From the IMG/VR virus record IMGVR_UViG_3300042508_000910: a DNA stretch of 64,000 nt, one strand, 5' to 3'. The DNA comes from a virus. The position numbers and the translations under genes were made by a program. Every line of letters starts with the position of its first letter. Position 1 is the stretch's first letter. Shown piece after piece: positions 9,901-19,571 of the stretch. Below the pieces are notes generated by a model. The model worked only from the letters and a program-made list of their open reading frames with translations, was not told the origin of the DNA and made no database searches.

Positions 9901-12900
9901 AGAATAGAAACAGGTGCGAATAATTCAATTGCTATTGGATCAAATAATTTAATTCATGAAAATACTCCTAATTCATTTATATTTGGAGAGAATAATATTG
10001 TTACTGGGGGAAGAAGAATCGCTATATCTGCGGGATCTAGAAATATCATCTCTGGAGATAAAAATTATGAATCTTTAGATTCAGTAATTGTTGGAGGAGT
10101 AAATAATACTTTATATGGATCTTATTCTAATATTGTTGGAGGTAAAAATAATTTTATAGATAGTGTGACTTCTGGATATAGTGCAATATCAAATCAACTT
10201 TTTGATGTGCCTGTTACTGGGACTACTGGTGCAGGTATTCAAAATATAAATATTGAAATACCAAAACCAAGAAATTCAGCAAATTATGCAATATTAAATT
10301 CACAAGAATATACTGAATCGCTTACTGGAGCAAATGGCTCTCAAATTATAAGTGGTAACTTTAAAAAGAGTGGTAATTTTCTTATTCCGCTTCCAAATCA
10401 ATTTTATTTTAACTTATCTGGAAGAAGAAATTTTGATTATAGCGTTTATTATGATAATAAACTTACATATGAAACAGGAATATATACTGGATTAGTTAGT
10501 GGTAGATTGACTGGAATTATTACTGGATTTTTAATTCAAACATTAAGTTATGCGTATAATCCAGACCTTGGATCTAATCATTATGGATCTTTTAATGGGA
10601 TAGGATTAGGAGCTGGATTTATTAGCGCTCGATTAAGTGGATCAGATTATTACGGAAGAAGAACTGGAATATATACAACTTTAACGAGTGGGAATATAAC
10701 TATGTATGGAGCTTTGTTGCCAGATGGCACTTTTGCTCATAGCGGATTAACAGGATTGTGGAATGGATCAAATTACGGATCTTCACTACAAAGATTATTT
10801 TATCTTACAGATATTAATAGCGGAACAACAGGAAATGGAAATACTCAAATTAAAGATCTATATGGCGGAACCACATTAATAAGTAAAAGCGGCGTATTTG
10901 GTAGTTTATTTAATACTGGTGGGTTTAATACTTCTAGAATTTTAAGCACAAATAATACTGCTCAATTTATTTCTGGAAATGGTAATATAGCTATAGGATA
11001 TACTTTACCATATACAAATAGTTTTTATACAAATTACAAAAACACTTATTATCATGATTTTGTTAATTTAGATGCAGAATTTATTGGTTATTATAATGGG
11101 GCAAATAAAGGTATTGGTAATTATTTTTATTTTTACGCTCCCAGTGGTAATCCACCAATAGGAAGATTTGGAAATAGTTCTGGAGTAGGTTATGTTGTTG
11201 ACTTTAATGAAAAAGATGGCAAAGTACAAATTTTTTGGAATACTGGTCTTTTAACTGAAAGCGCTATATTACCAGCTCTAAGTGCTTCGTCTACTTCAAT
11301 TAATAGTTGGCCTATAACAGGGAGAATAAATTTTCATACAGGAGTATTTAATGTTTTATTAAATAATCAACTTGTTATAGATAATTATAAAGATAATGAT
11401 TTCTTATATAGAAATAAAGATTCTAAAGGATTTGGTTTAGGAGCCTATACTGGTTCTGGTTTTGGTGGTAATCATGCTATAAGAAACTTTAATTTCTCGG
11501 TTGGATTAAATCCATACAATGAAGATTATGATACTCCTTCTAAATGCGTTAAAGCTCGTGGTCATGTTATTTATCCAAATACTTTTACGGAGGAAAGTTA
11601 TGGTGGAATTGATTATTCATTTGGATTTAATAATACAGGAATTTGGTATCGTGGATTTACAGGAGAATTTGAGTTCAAATTAAATTCAAAAATTTCTGAT
11701 ATAAGAAATTCTACTTTAATGTTTTATTGGAATGCTCCAAGAATGAATATGTTAAATACTGGATCAGAACCTGATCTTTGGTGGGATTATCCAAAATTAT
11801 GGATTTCTGGGGCAACTGGTCAAAACGCTCAATTATGGCTGCAATATCAAGGAAATACAAGTACAAACTGGTTAAGTAATACACAATATATTTCTGGTTA
11901 TTCTCCATATGGATTTAATAGTTTAGATTTTGTACAAAATAACTATTCTGGAATTAGACCATTCCAAGTAAATAAATGGAACAAGATTAGATACGAACAA
12001 ACTTCTGCTCCTATTGGAGATCCAAATGGATATCTTAGTAGTTTTGGAAATCCTTTCCCAGGTCATAATATAAGAATATATGTTAATAATATTTTACGCA
12101 TATCAGGTATTACCGCTGCGTATACTCCATATATTGATGCGAGTAATAGTGGGCTTCATCATCATATGGGCTTTAGATTATTTCCTAATTTTAATGAATT
12201 TGCTCTTGATACTAATCAACGAGAAGTCTTTATTAAAAATTTTAGATTTACTGGAACTAATAGCGTAACTGTAAATGATATTTTAGATACTCAAGATAAA
12301 CCTAGTGGAAATTTAATATATAATACAAATCTAGTAAGAACAACTTATCCAAGTCGCGATTATGGATATTATTTAACAGAATTTGGTTATGATAATTTTT
12401 ATAAAAATGATGCAAGAGTTATTACAGGTTATAGTGGAATTGGTTCAAGATTTCAATTTGGTCCTGGACAAATTCAAAAACCTTTTAGCGGAATTATTGA
12501 CATTAATAATTTGTATACAAACTCGATTATAAACACTGGAGGAATTAGTGTGACTAATTCTTTTGTAATTAGAGAGCAAAAAACGACAAAAATAAGAAAC
12601 CTATCTAGCTCATATTATGGTGTTCTACCAGCTAAAGTAGAAACAAATGCAAAATATATTGAAATAGATTTAGGTTCTGGTCATGCAATAGAAGCTCATA
12701 TGACCTCTGGTCAAGCAGATTTTACTATCTCTGCTTGGGTGTATCCTCAAGTACAAAAAACTCCTTGGTTACCAAACGGAGCAGATATAACTGGAAATAG
12801 ATCTAATTTAAAAACTTTAATAGCATTTGTACAGGAAACTGGTACAGGAGTATTAAAAATTGCAAATCCTAATTGGACTTGGGGATTATTTGTTGGGGCT

Positions 12901-15696
12901 GTAGAAACAACTGGATATGGAGATAACTCTTTTGGATATGCAACGGATTTGCCTTATCCTTATGGGTCACAAAGAATATCGTTAGATACAAGACCAGGAG
13001 TTGCTGGCGATCCTTATTCAAATACTGGAGCTTTTTTATTTGGATCTTTTGACGGAATGACCTCGTCTGGTACATTATGTTCTAATGAAGTAGGTTATGT
13101 GCCAAATCATACTCTTGGAAGATTGTGGACCACTGGTACATCTTTCAGAGGTGTAAGTCCTTCAATATTTACAGGAGAAAGTCCATTTAATTTTGTCCCT
13201 ACACCAACTTATGGTGTTTTAAGTGAAATGAGATTAATACCTAATCAGTGGAATCATGTTGCATTTTCTTATGATGCCACTAAAAGTTATTATTATAATA
13301 ATACAAGAAATATAAGATATTATATAAATGGTAATCTTGTAACATCTGGACGTAAGAACTTTAGCGCAAGAGCTTCTAAAGGTGATGCCACTTCATATTA
13401 TGGAAACTTCAACAAAATATATATTGGAGCTATGCCAGTTTTAAGTGGAGTAAGAAGAGAACTAGTATCGCATGCATTTCAAGGTTATATTGGTGAAGTA
13501 AGAATTGATGACTATGCAATTACTGGAGAATCCTTTAATGTTCAAGGATTTATAGATGAGTTTAGAAGACCTTTATTACATGTAAAACCATCTGGATCAA
13601 ATATATTTATATCTGATAATTCAAATTTAAAATATAATAAAAAACATTTGTCTACAAATTATGTTACTGGATATGTAGACTATTTAGCTAATTTTACTCA
13701 AAACTTTATAACAGGAAGATATTATCCTCCAACAACTTTTGGTATGAGTAGTTGGATAAATTCTGTAAGTGAAAATGTTTATTCTGGAACTTTTGCGTCA
13801 GCATCTGGAAGAAATTCAATAGAAAATAATAAAAGGCTTCAATTTAAAGTGTTATTAAACTCTTTAAATACTTCTACAAATACGGGAATTAATGTTAACT
13901 TTGTAAATAAATTTAATACTGGTGTTGTTAACAATTTTAATTATATCGTGCTTCCTAGCTATATTCAAACTGGAAATATATATAATAATTTTTCTAAGAC
14001 TGGATTTAAGATAAATAATTTTACAAGCAGTGGATTTAGAGTCAAAATAGATAATACATTATCATTAGATACAACAGGCATGTTTTTTGTTGCACAAACT
14101 GGTGCTTTTCGTGGAATAGATGGTAATTCTGGAAAATTTATAGAAATAAATTCACTATATTTAAGTGGCGCTAATAATCTTACTGGTGATCAATTCTTTA
14201 ATGATTATACAGGATGGATTAGGATACCAAGGCTACTTAATGTAGATTATATTAATTATAATAAACCAAGATTTTTTGGTAATGTATATACTCAAAGTGG
14301 CTCGGATATAATTGATTCACAATATTCATATATATATCGTATAGGAGAGGTATCAGGAGCCGCACAATATCGTCAATATTTTTATTCTCCAGCAGCTAGT
14401 ATTGCTTTTTCTTCACCAGATACATATCTTCCTTTTAGTGGTGGTGGTATGTATAGTCCTCCAGAATCTAATATTAATTTATTTGATATAATAACTGGAG
14501 GTACAGGAATGCCTATACCATTTTATCCAACAGCTTATCAGATAAAGATTTTGAAAGATGATTATTACAATATAGAATATGCTGCTACATTTGATAAAAT
14601 AAGTGGTCCAGATGTTTCAAAATCTGTTTCATTTAGATTACAAAAAAGCGTAAATACTGGTTCAAATTGGTTCACAGTTCAAGAAAAAATATATACTGAT
14701 TCCCATATATATTCTATGCATAATACTGGAATTGATTATGCATCATCTGGAGATTTATATAGAGTAAATGTAAATGTATTTTATGATCCAACTGGGACAA
14801 ATAATGAGATTTATAGTTCTCTCATAAGTATTTCACGACAAGAAGATTTTGATAATAGAAGAAACATTTATGTTAAACTAAATAATCCAAATATTGATTC
14901 ATATGCTATTAATAAAAATAGAATGCTAACTGGTCTAAAGATAGATTATATATTAACAGATGAAGACATTGATTATTCTACATTAAGAGAATTATTGGGT
15001 GAAGGAGCATTTGGTAGAGTTTCTCTATTGGGTTTCGAAGATGTAGGTAGTTCTTCTATATTCGGTGGAACAGGAAATTATATTAAAGGTTTAGTAAATA
15101 CAATTGGTGGAGGTATAAATAACTCTATTATTGGAGATTACAATACTATCCCAGGTGGAAGATCAAATACTATTATAGACACTCCTCCTGGCAACTTACC
15201 TCCACAAGCATTGTTTTCTACTATTCTTGGTGGTAATTTCAATACAATATCTGGCAATGTTGTTGACGGAGTAATTTTAGGAGGCGAAACAAATCTAATT
15301 ATGAACTCCGCAAGAGACACTGCGGAGGAAATTACGGCAACATCTATTATAGGTGGAAAAAATAATGTCATTTCTGGATCTTATTCGACTATATTAGGTG
15401 GATTTAATAATATAGTTAGCGGAGCGTTTGGTTATGGATTAGGAAGAAATGTATTTAACACTAAAAGTGGATCTATGGTTTTATCAGACGCAACATCAAA
15501 TCAATTAAAGCCTAGTTTCAATGAAAATAGTTTAACGTTATTTTTTACAAATGGCATGTATATAACTGGCGTTGATACTGGTTCAAATAGAGCGCCAATC
15601 ATATTCGCTCTTAATTCATTACCAACAAGCAGTGGTCTTGTTCCAGTTGGTGGATTGTATAGAAGTGGTGATTTTATTAAAATCAGACTTTCTTAA
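6946..15696 (+). CDS. Giant tail fibre/adhesin (IPT/TIG repeats, Ig-like, YadA-like GGxxN repeats, ConA/LamG domains)
   Basis: 2916 aa; VRISGTNF, IRISGDNL, VSISGKNL repeats; GITYRGEW module; IVGGKNN repeats; FTISAWVYP...NQWNHVAFSYD...YYING...FQGYIGEVRI LamG motif. Confidence 0.8.
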   Translation: MSLILQINQSAPFIQSPSIVYAVTGEKIILSGIEFKKGIIQVSGENIYNSNDYFNVYGRRLEDVSGIDNTLYLDVVGFTISTGVTKTKYDLSVFNLEGKSTNTVQLNVLDQPSIVGIEKTGAFPDEFVRISGTNFYPAPNLFFIDSRNNKIIPTEQKTGLYKITGYELLNNGTGYNVGEKIYIDSTYHKLFDINSSGILEVQSTGISGSIAFLNIFDSGSFTIIPTGFILQSQTGNGRDANIILNYEKFEYTGFNQFIEFKIPRNITKNQAIFVENLKYKAPTDLTINSISISKTGFQVLGSPKIYSIDPITGYNQESYIRISGDNLTFVTGLNLGPLKNINFNYDGENLVFQIPYLAENNKVNVITNFGEDSSDELLQILYRPLDPTGFNPNDILLSGGSVSISGKNLHRINYINLGQQNINREKITVNYLTGSTHQASFILPNNYITNEIYAYSLDYPNSGTKIVSPDTNDKLIASVRLNTDLINIRYLSGVQAAKYLDEVEIYSPIAYSGDYGNLTNSEIFFNTPTGKINITGDYSVSGIKIDNTSTGIKIRIPREIQNPRSQIKIKRNKFNDEYLLPANKSFDILPTISFNSPSNTNYNNLGEVIISGINATNVNQVFFSGNAGTKNIFGFKDVEKIKIDILEKNISGISSGIGPDYTYIRAKLGGDFQGTGKLFLFNNYYDTGIGYENSILSDAVSVSAIEGFRPPNSTIFTSPSYISSPIDEPFFYKIQTNSRATSFSISATTLSGVDDGAIFPPGINTTLNSSNQIFGTPSSGGIYYIKIRALDGDFPNEGMILNAAFGYSGRSLTGPGITYRGEWSTGIGYVGNNLRRDVVKYSFGGVNYWYAATTNIDSAPSGTSPDWIPFTNEFSATATQILLAERSNITSELNIGQAGIPSGFIKSANDINSNEGSGFYLGYDNSYNAGLPKFRVGNSGGYIKFDGLGLDIFGPLSGVLTTSRNVRNTDNTVGSEYSLSVGFNNRIETGANNSIAIGSNNLIHENTPNSFIFGENNIVTGGRRIAISAGSRNIISGDKNYESLDSVIVGGVNNTLYGSYSNIVGGKNNFIDSVTSGYSAISNQLFDVPVTGTTGAGIQNINIEIPKPRNSANYAILNSQEYTESLTGANGSQIISGNFKKSGNFLIPLPNQFYFNLSGRRNFDYSVYYDNKLTYETGIYTGLVSGRLTGIITGFLIQTLSYAYNPDLGSNHYGSFNGIGLGAGFISARLSGSDYYGRRTGIYTTLTSGNITMYGALLPDGTFAHSGLTGLWNGSNYGSSLQRLFYLTDINSGTTGNGNTQIKDLYGGTTLISKSGVFGSLFNTGGFNTSRILSTNNTAQFISGNGNIAIGYTLPYTNSFYTNYKNTYYHDFVNLDAEFIGYYNGANKGIGNYFYFYAPSGNPPIGRFGNSSGVGYVVDFNEKDGKVQIFWNTGLLTESAILPALSASSTSINSWPITGRINFHTGVFNVLLNNQLVIDNYKDNDFLYRNKDSKGFGLGAYTGSGFGGNHAIRNFNFSVGLNPYNEDYDTPSKCVKARGHVIYPNTFTEESYGGIDYSFGFNNTGIWYRGFTGEFEFKLNSKISDIRNSTLMFYWNAPRMNMLNTGSEPDLWWDYPKLWISGATGQNAQLWLQYQGNTSTNWLSNTQYISGYSPYGFNSLDFVQNNYSGIRPFQVNKWNKIRYEQTSAPIGDPNGYLSSFGNPFPGHNIRIYVNNILRISGITAAYTPYIDASNSGLHHHMGFRLFPNFNEFALDTNQREVFIKNFRFTGTNSVTVNDILDTQDKPSGNLIYNTNLVRTTYPSRDYGYYLTEFGYDNFYKNDARVITGYSGIGSRFQFGPGQIQKPFSGIIDINNLYTNSIINTGGISVTNSFVIREQKTTKIRNLSSSYYGVLPAKVETNAKYIEIDLGSGHAIEAHMTSGQADFTISAWVYPQVQKTPWLPNGADITGNRSNLKTLIAFVQETGTGVLKIANPNWTWGLFVGAVETTGYGDNSFGYATDLPYPYGSQRISLDTRPGVAGDPYSNTGAFLFGSFDGMTSSGTLCSNEVGYVPNHTLGRLWTTGTSFRGVSPSIFTGESPFNFVPTPTYGVLSEMRLIPNQWNHVAFSYDATKSYYYNNTRNIRYYINGNLVTSGRKNFSARASKGDATSYYGNFNKIYIGAMPVLSGVRRELVSHAFQGYIGEVRIDDYAITGESFNVQGFIDEFRRPLLHVKPSGSNIFISDNSNLKYNKKHLSTNYVTGYVDYLANFTQNFITGRYYPPTTFGMSSWINSVSENVYSGTFASASGRNSIENNKRLQFKVLLNSLNTSTNTGINVNFVNKFNTGVVNNFNYIVLPSYIQTGNIYNNFSKTGFKINNFTSSGFRVKIDNTLSLDTTGMFFVAQTGAFRGIDGNSGKFIEINSLYLSGANNLTGDQFFNDYTGWIRIPRLLNVDYINYNKPRFFGNVYTQSGSDIIDSQYSYIYRIGEVSGAAQYRQYFYSPAASIAFSSPDTYLPFSGGGMYSPPESNINLFDIITGGTGMPIPFYPTAYQIKILKDDYYNIEYAATFDKISGPDVSKSVSFRLQKSVNTGSNWFTVQEKIYTDSHIYSMHNTGIDYASSGDLYRVNVNVFYDPTGTNNEIYSSLISISRQEDFDNRRNIYVKLNNPNIDSYAINKNRMLTGLKIDYILTDEDIDYSTLRELLGEGAFGRVSLLGFEDVGSSSIFGGTGNYIKGLVNTIGGGINNSIIGDYNTIPGGRSNTIIDTPPGNLPPQALFSTILGGNFNTISGNVVDGVILGGETNLIMNSARDTAEEITATSIIGGKNNVISGSYSTILGGFNNIVSGAFGYGLGRNVFNTKSGSMVLSDATSNQLKPSFNENSLTLFFTNGMYITGVDTGSNRAPIIFALNSLPTSSGLVPVGGLYRSGDFIKIRLS

Positions 15697-16471
15697 GTCT
15701 TTCTATTAATTCAAATACTTTACTTTTTGGTATATCTTTAATAAAATTAAAGCTTTCTGCTCCATCGAATTTTTCTTTAATCAATTTCTTCTTTAAGGTA
15801 TCGAAAGAAATATTTTTATCTTGCATTATTTTTTCCAATAAAACAGTTGGATTCATTGGATTTTCTTTTTCTGTATCTTCTTTTGCTACTAGCCCTAATT
15901 TGGCATCTCCTAATTCTTCTTGTGATACAATATTGATCTTTAAGAAATTACGAACACAACGAACAAATGCTCTATTTTCCGCTATAGCTGCAAGAAAATA
16001 ACGAGCAAAATCTTTAGTATTTACAAGAGATGCATCTGCAAGAGCTTCAAATGTCACAGGACGATTTCCTGTCTCATAATTAGGTATCCAAGTAATCTTA
16101 CAAGATGTTGCGAAATAATTATCGGTAGCAGTTACTACATTATATTCAACACTAGTAAATCCTCTAATTTGAGCTAGCTCCTTAATTCCACCAAGAAGTA
16201 TTAAAAGATCTTTATCTTCCAGTTTTGAAACATCTGTCTCTTGTGTTCTTTGACGATTTGGGACAAGATATTGTGTTTTAACCATTGCTCTCCAATTGAT
16301 AGAGCCATCATCATTAAAAATATAATTTATATTATCGTTTTCTAGTAAGCCAAAGCTATTTCTTATAAAGAGTTTTGGAGGAATAATCCTTGGTTCTTGT
16401 ATAAGAACATTTGCTGCAATAGAGTCTATTTTATTCAACTCTGAACTATTGATTGAGATTGATTCTTCCAT
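15683..16471 (-). CDS. Putative single-strand annealing protein (Rad52-like)
   Basis: LLILLGGIKELAQIRG...FEALADAS...AAIAENRAFVRCVRNFL resembles phage SSAP core; replication context. Confidence 0.45.
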   Translation of the reverse strand: MEESISINSSELNKIDSIAANVLIQEPRIIPPKLFIRNSFGLLENDNINYIFNDDGSINWRAMVKTQYLVPNRQRTQETDVSKLEDKDLLILLGGIKELAQIRGFTSVEYNVVTATDNYFATSCKITWIPNYETGNRPVTFEALADASLVNTKDFARYFLAAIAENRAFVRCVRNFLKINIVSQEELGDAKLGLVAKEDTEKENPMNPTVLLEKIMQDKNISFDTLKKKLIKEKFDGAESFNFIKDIPKSKVFELIERLKKV

Positions 16472-16477
16472 TATTGA

Positions 16478-16506
16478 ATTGTAATATATATTTAATCTTT
16501 TGTCAA
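16478..16506 (-). promoter_or_regulatory. sigma70-type promoter TTGACA-N17-TACAAT
   Basis: -10 lies 6 nt before ATG at 16471 (leaderless geometry). Confidence 0.7.
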
Positions 16507-17661
16507 CTCAAATATGTATAAATGTTTTGCTTCTTCCCAAAAATCTTCATGATCAATAATTTTTATTGGTTTACCTTGGAATGGTATATTTAATTTATAT
16601 GCAGCTTTAGAATTGTATGTATTACCATTACTTAATGTATATTTATTAGATTTATAATAAATATCATTTAAATTATTTAAATTTAATTTTAAATCATTTT
16701 TACATGTCTTTGGATTAACCATTATTTGTGCAACATCTAAATAACTTAACTTTAGAGAATTTACAAAGTTTTCATTTAGAAATGTAGACAATATAAATGG
16801 TCTTGCTAGTTTTTTAAGATTTTTAGCAAATTCTACATCGTGATTTTCATCTATATTATAGATTATTTGATCTATATTACCCTTAAAAGTATTCAATATA
16901 TTATAATCTATTTTCTTATCAGTTATAATTGAGCATCTATTTCTCTTAAGCTGTTCTGCTAAATTTCTCTCGTTAAATTCATAATCCATTCTAATAATTA
17001 AAGATTCGATACCAAATTGTGATATATTCTCTATTACTTGATTTGGAACAGATTCTATTAGCGTTCTATTATAATTCTCTCCTAAAAATATTGTTTTAAT
17101 TTTATTTGACTCTAGATTTAGATACTCTAAAACAGAATTAGCTATATCTGCTGGATTAATTTTATTTATTGTTTTTGGATTTTCTACTGCTGAATAACTT
17201 GGTTTTCTGCTCCTATCAACTTCAAATATTTTAATATTTTCCTTAGAGCTAAAATAAGGTCCAGCATTTTCTGGGCGACTATTAGAATATAAACAGACTA
17301 TTTTTTTATCAAAATGACTTGCGATATGTACGCCAAAACTATCTACTCCTAGATGTAAAATTCCTTTATTTATTAAATATGCGGCTTGACCTATTGATGT
17401 TTTACCTTGAAGATGATAACAATTTTGAATTGGTTTTTCATCTTTTCCACCAATTTGTACTATATGAATATTATGTTCTTGTAATTTAAAGAATAATTGG
17501 TCTATTACCTCTTGCCAATAATCGTAGCTTTTTGCATCATACTTACTATAAGGTTGAAATGATATGTATTTTTCAAATGGAACTGGGCAATACTTTTGAT
17601 ATATATATGGTTTATCAATTTTTAATCCACAATTTAGAGCGTATGTTTCAATTAGGTGCAT
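16492..17661 (-). CDS. GT9-like glycosyltransferase C-terminal lobe plus extra domain
   Basis: IVQIGG...LGVDSFGVHIASHFDKKIVCLYS, typical of heptosyltransferase-like C-lobe. Confidence 0.75.
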   Translation of the reverse strand: MHLIETYALNCGLKIDKPYIYQKYCPVPFEKYISFQPYSKYDAKSYDYWQEVIDQLFFKLQEHNIHIVQIGGKDEKPIQNCYHLQGKTSIGQAAYLINKGILHLGVDSFGVHIASHFDKKIVCLYSNSRPENAGPYFSSKENIKIFEVDRSRKPSYSAVENPKTINKINPADIANSVLEYLNLESNKIKTIFLGENYNRTLIESVPNQVIENISQFGIESLIIRMDYEFNERNLAEQLKRNRCSIITDKKIDYNILNTFKGNIDQIIYNIDENHDVEFAKNLKKLARPFILSTFLNENFVNSLKLSYLDVAQIMVNPKTCKNDLKLNLNNLNDIYYKSNKYTLSNGNTYNSKAAYKLNIPFQGKPIKIIDHEDFWEEAKHLYIFELTKD

Positions 17662-19564
17662 ATTTAAAGTCCTTATAAGCTATATTTGTTTTACCATTAT
17701 GAAGGTATGTTAAAAATCTTTGAGTTTGAGAATATGGTAAAAATGCTATTTCAAAAAATCCATTATGATCTCCACCACCTTCTAGCCATATTAAACTGTC
17801 CATTTGTGGAACGTATTGTATAATTTTATCTACATATGGATTAGCTTCTAAAACATCAAAATATTCCTGTTTTGTAGCAACATAGAATTTATAGTTTGGA
17901 TATTGTTCTTTGATAGATTTGAAAAGGCTTGTTGACAAGAATATATCTCCTATACTTTCTGGCATAACATATAACAATCTTTTAGATTCATCGTCTTTAT
18001 CCAATAAATCCTCAAAAGATATTTTTTTAGATTCTTTATTTTTCTCATTGGCTACATGTCTAAAATAGTTTTCTACATCTGCTCTGCTTTTACCTTTAGA
18101 TAGTTCATCTAACCAATATCTAACACCATCATCATTATTCTCTACTTGCATTTTTAATATATGTTTATACATATATTTTAACCATTCTAAATTCTCTTTT
18201 ATATCTGGGACTTGATGATATGGGTCTTTTTCTTCAAATTTAAAATTAATACTTTTATCAATTGTTTTGCAAGAGTCTATAAAAGATTCTATGGTTTTTC
18301 CAATGCTCTCTACGGAATAATTATTAATTGTCCATTGTCTAGCTTTATTGCCAAAATCTTTTCTTTCTTCAATTGACATTGAATAAACTATTTGTAATTT
18401 ATCAGCTATGGACTTTGGTAAAGTAGAAGCTTTAATAAATTCTGTTCCATGCTCTCTATACTCTGCCCATTCTAATGGCAAACTATAGGCTTCTTTTTGA
18501 CACATTTCTTCTCCACATGAGTAATTAGTGACTAATGTGATTAGTTCGGCTAGTTTTGCTTCTTGTATTGGAATCTCTTGACCACCGCTCGTAAATGGAT
18601 GACAATACACATCCATTAAATTATAGATTTGATTTAATTCTTCCTCTGTTACACCTATGCCTACATTAGTTGTAATCTGTGACTTTGCAGATCTGCAGTA
18701 TTTACAGTCCAAATCTTGACCAGTGAAATTTTTTACTTCATATTCTCCGCAAGCTCTGCATATATATGTTGTATATATTTCTCTAGGATCAATACCATAT
18801 TCTTGGGCTAGTTTCATTATATTCCAGCCTTCTCCAAAATGAGTGTGAAGTAGCAAGCCACTATTTTTTACATTATTTTCTTTCTTCCACAATGCATATC
18901 CTTCTAAAAGATTCGGAACACTCTTTCTTAATTGATTTCTAAATACAAATCCGACTATAAATTTATTCTTGTCTATATTAAACTTATTTCTTAACTCAAG
19001 TCGTTTTTCATCTGATAATCTATAGAAATTAGAAGTATCTAAAGCTCCATGAACAGTTTTTACATGATTATGGCCTAGTTTATGCAAAGCTTGAGTTGCG
19101 AAATCACTCCAAATCCAGTAATTCTTTACTTTTGGAGAACACTTAACTGCTGAATCTAATATAGGCAAGGAATCGAGAGTTGTCCATATTACAGAATTGA
19201 TTTTATTGAACCAAGGTTTATCTATAGCAAAATCTACGCCCCATATATCTTGCACCGCAATATAAACATCTGGTCTTTCATTTTCAATAACCTCATCTAA
19301 CAAATGTGCTCCATAACTTGCCATTCTAGCTAGATGAGGATCTCTATTCAGTTTTTCTATCTCTTGTTGGTTATCTGGTAATGATCCAAGACTTTTCCAT
19401 GGTGTTCTTTCTAATTGTGGGTTACCTTTTTGCATTCCACAGCAATAATGCACAATATCATATTTGCCAGTACTATATAAATATTTTAAGATAGCTTTGG
19501 CATTTCTTCCAAAGCCAGTCTTTGCTAAACTAAAGTCTGATTGAAAAACTATTTTTTTACGCAT
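17648..19564 (-). CDS. GT4 glycosyltransferase with Zn-ribbon insert, DUF4214-like domain and GT9 N-lobe
   Basis: TGFGRNA, RNQLRKS, PFTSGGQEIPIQEA; CRAC...CKYC; YKHIL...GVRYWLDELSKGKSRADV; PESIGDIFLST...NPYVDKII. Confidence 0.8.
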   Translation of the reverse strand: MRKKIVFQSDFSLAKTGFGRNAKAILKYLYSTGKYDIVHYCCGMQKGNPQLERTPWKSLGSLPDNQQEIEKLNRDPHLARMASYGAHLLDEVIENERPDVYIAVQDIWGVDFAIDKPWFNKINSVIWTTLDSLPILDSAVKCSPKVKNYWIWSDFATQALHKLGHNHVKTVHGALDTSNFYRLSDEKRLELRNKFNIDKNKFIVGFVFRNQLRKSVPNLLEGYALWKKENNVKNSGLLLHTHFGEGWNIMKLAQEYGIDPREIYTTYICRACGEYEVKNFTGQDLDCKYCRSAKSQITTNVGIGVTEEELNQIYNLMDVYCHPFTSGGQEIPIQEAKLAELITLVTNYSCGEEMCQKEAYSLPLEWAEYREHGTEFIKASTLPKSIADKLQIVYSMSIEERKDFGNKARQWTINNYSVESIGKTIESFIDSCKTIDKSINFKFEEKDPYHQVPDIKENLEWLKYMYKHILKMQVENNDDGVRYWLDELSKGKSRADVENYFRHVANEKNKESKKISFEDLLDKDDESKRLLYVMPESIGDIFLSTSLFKSIKEQYPNYKFYVATKQEYFDVLEANPYVDKIIQYVPQMDSLIWLEGGGDHNGFFEIAFLPYSQTQRFLTYLHNGKTNIAYKDFKYAPN

Positions 19565-19571
19565 TTATATA

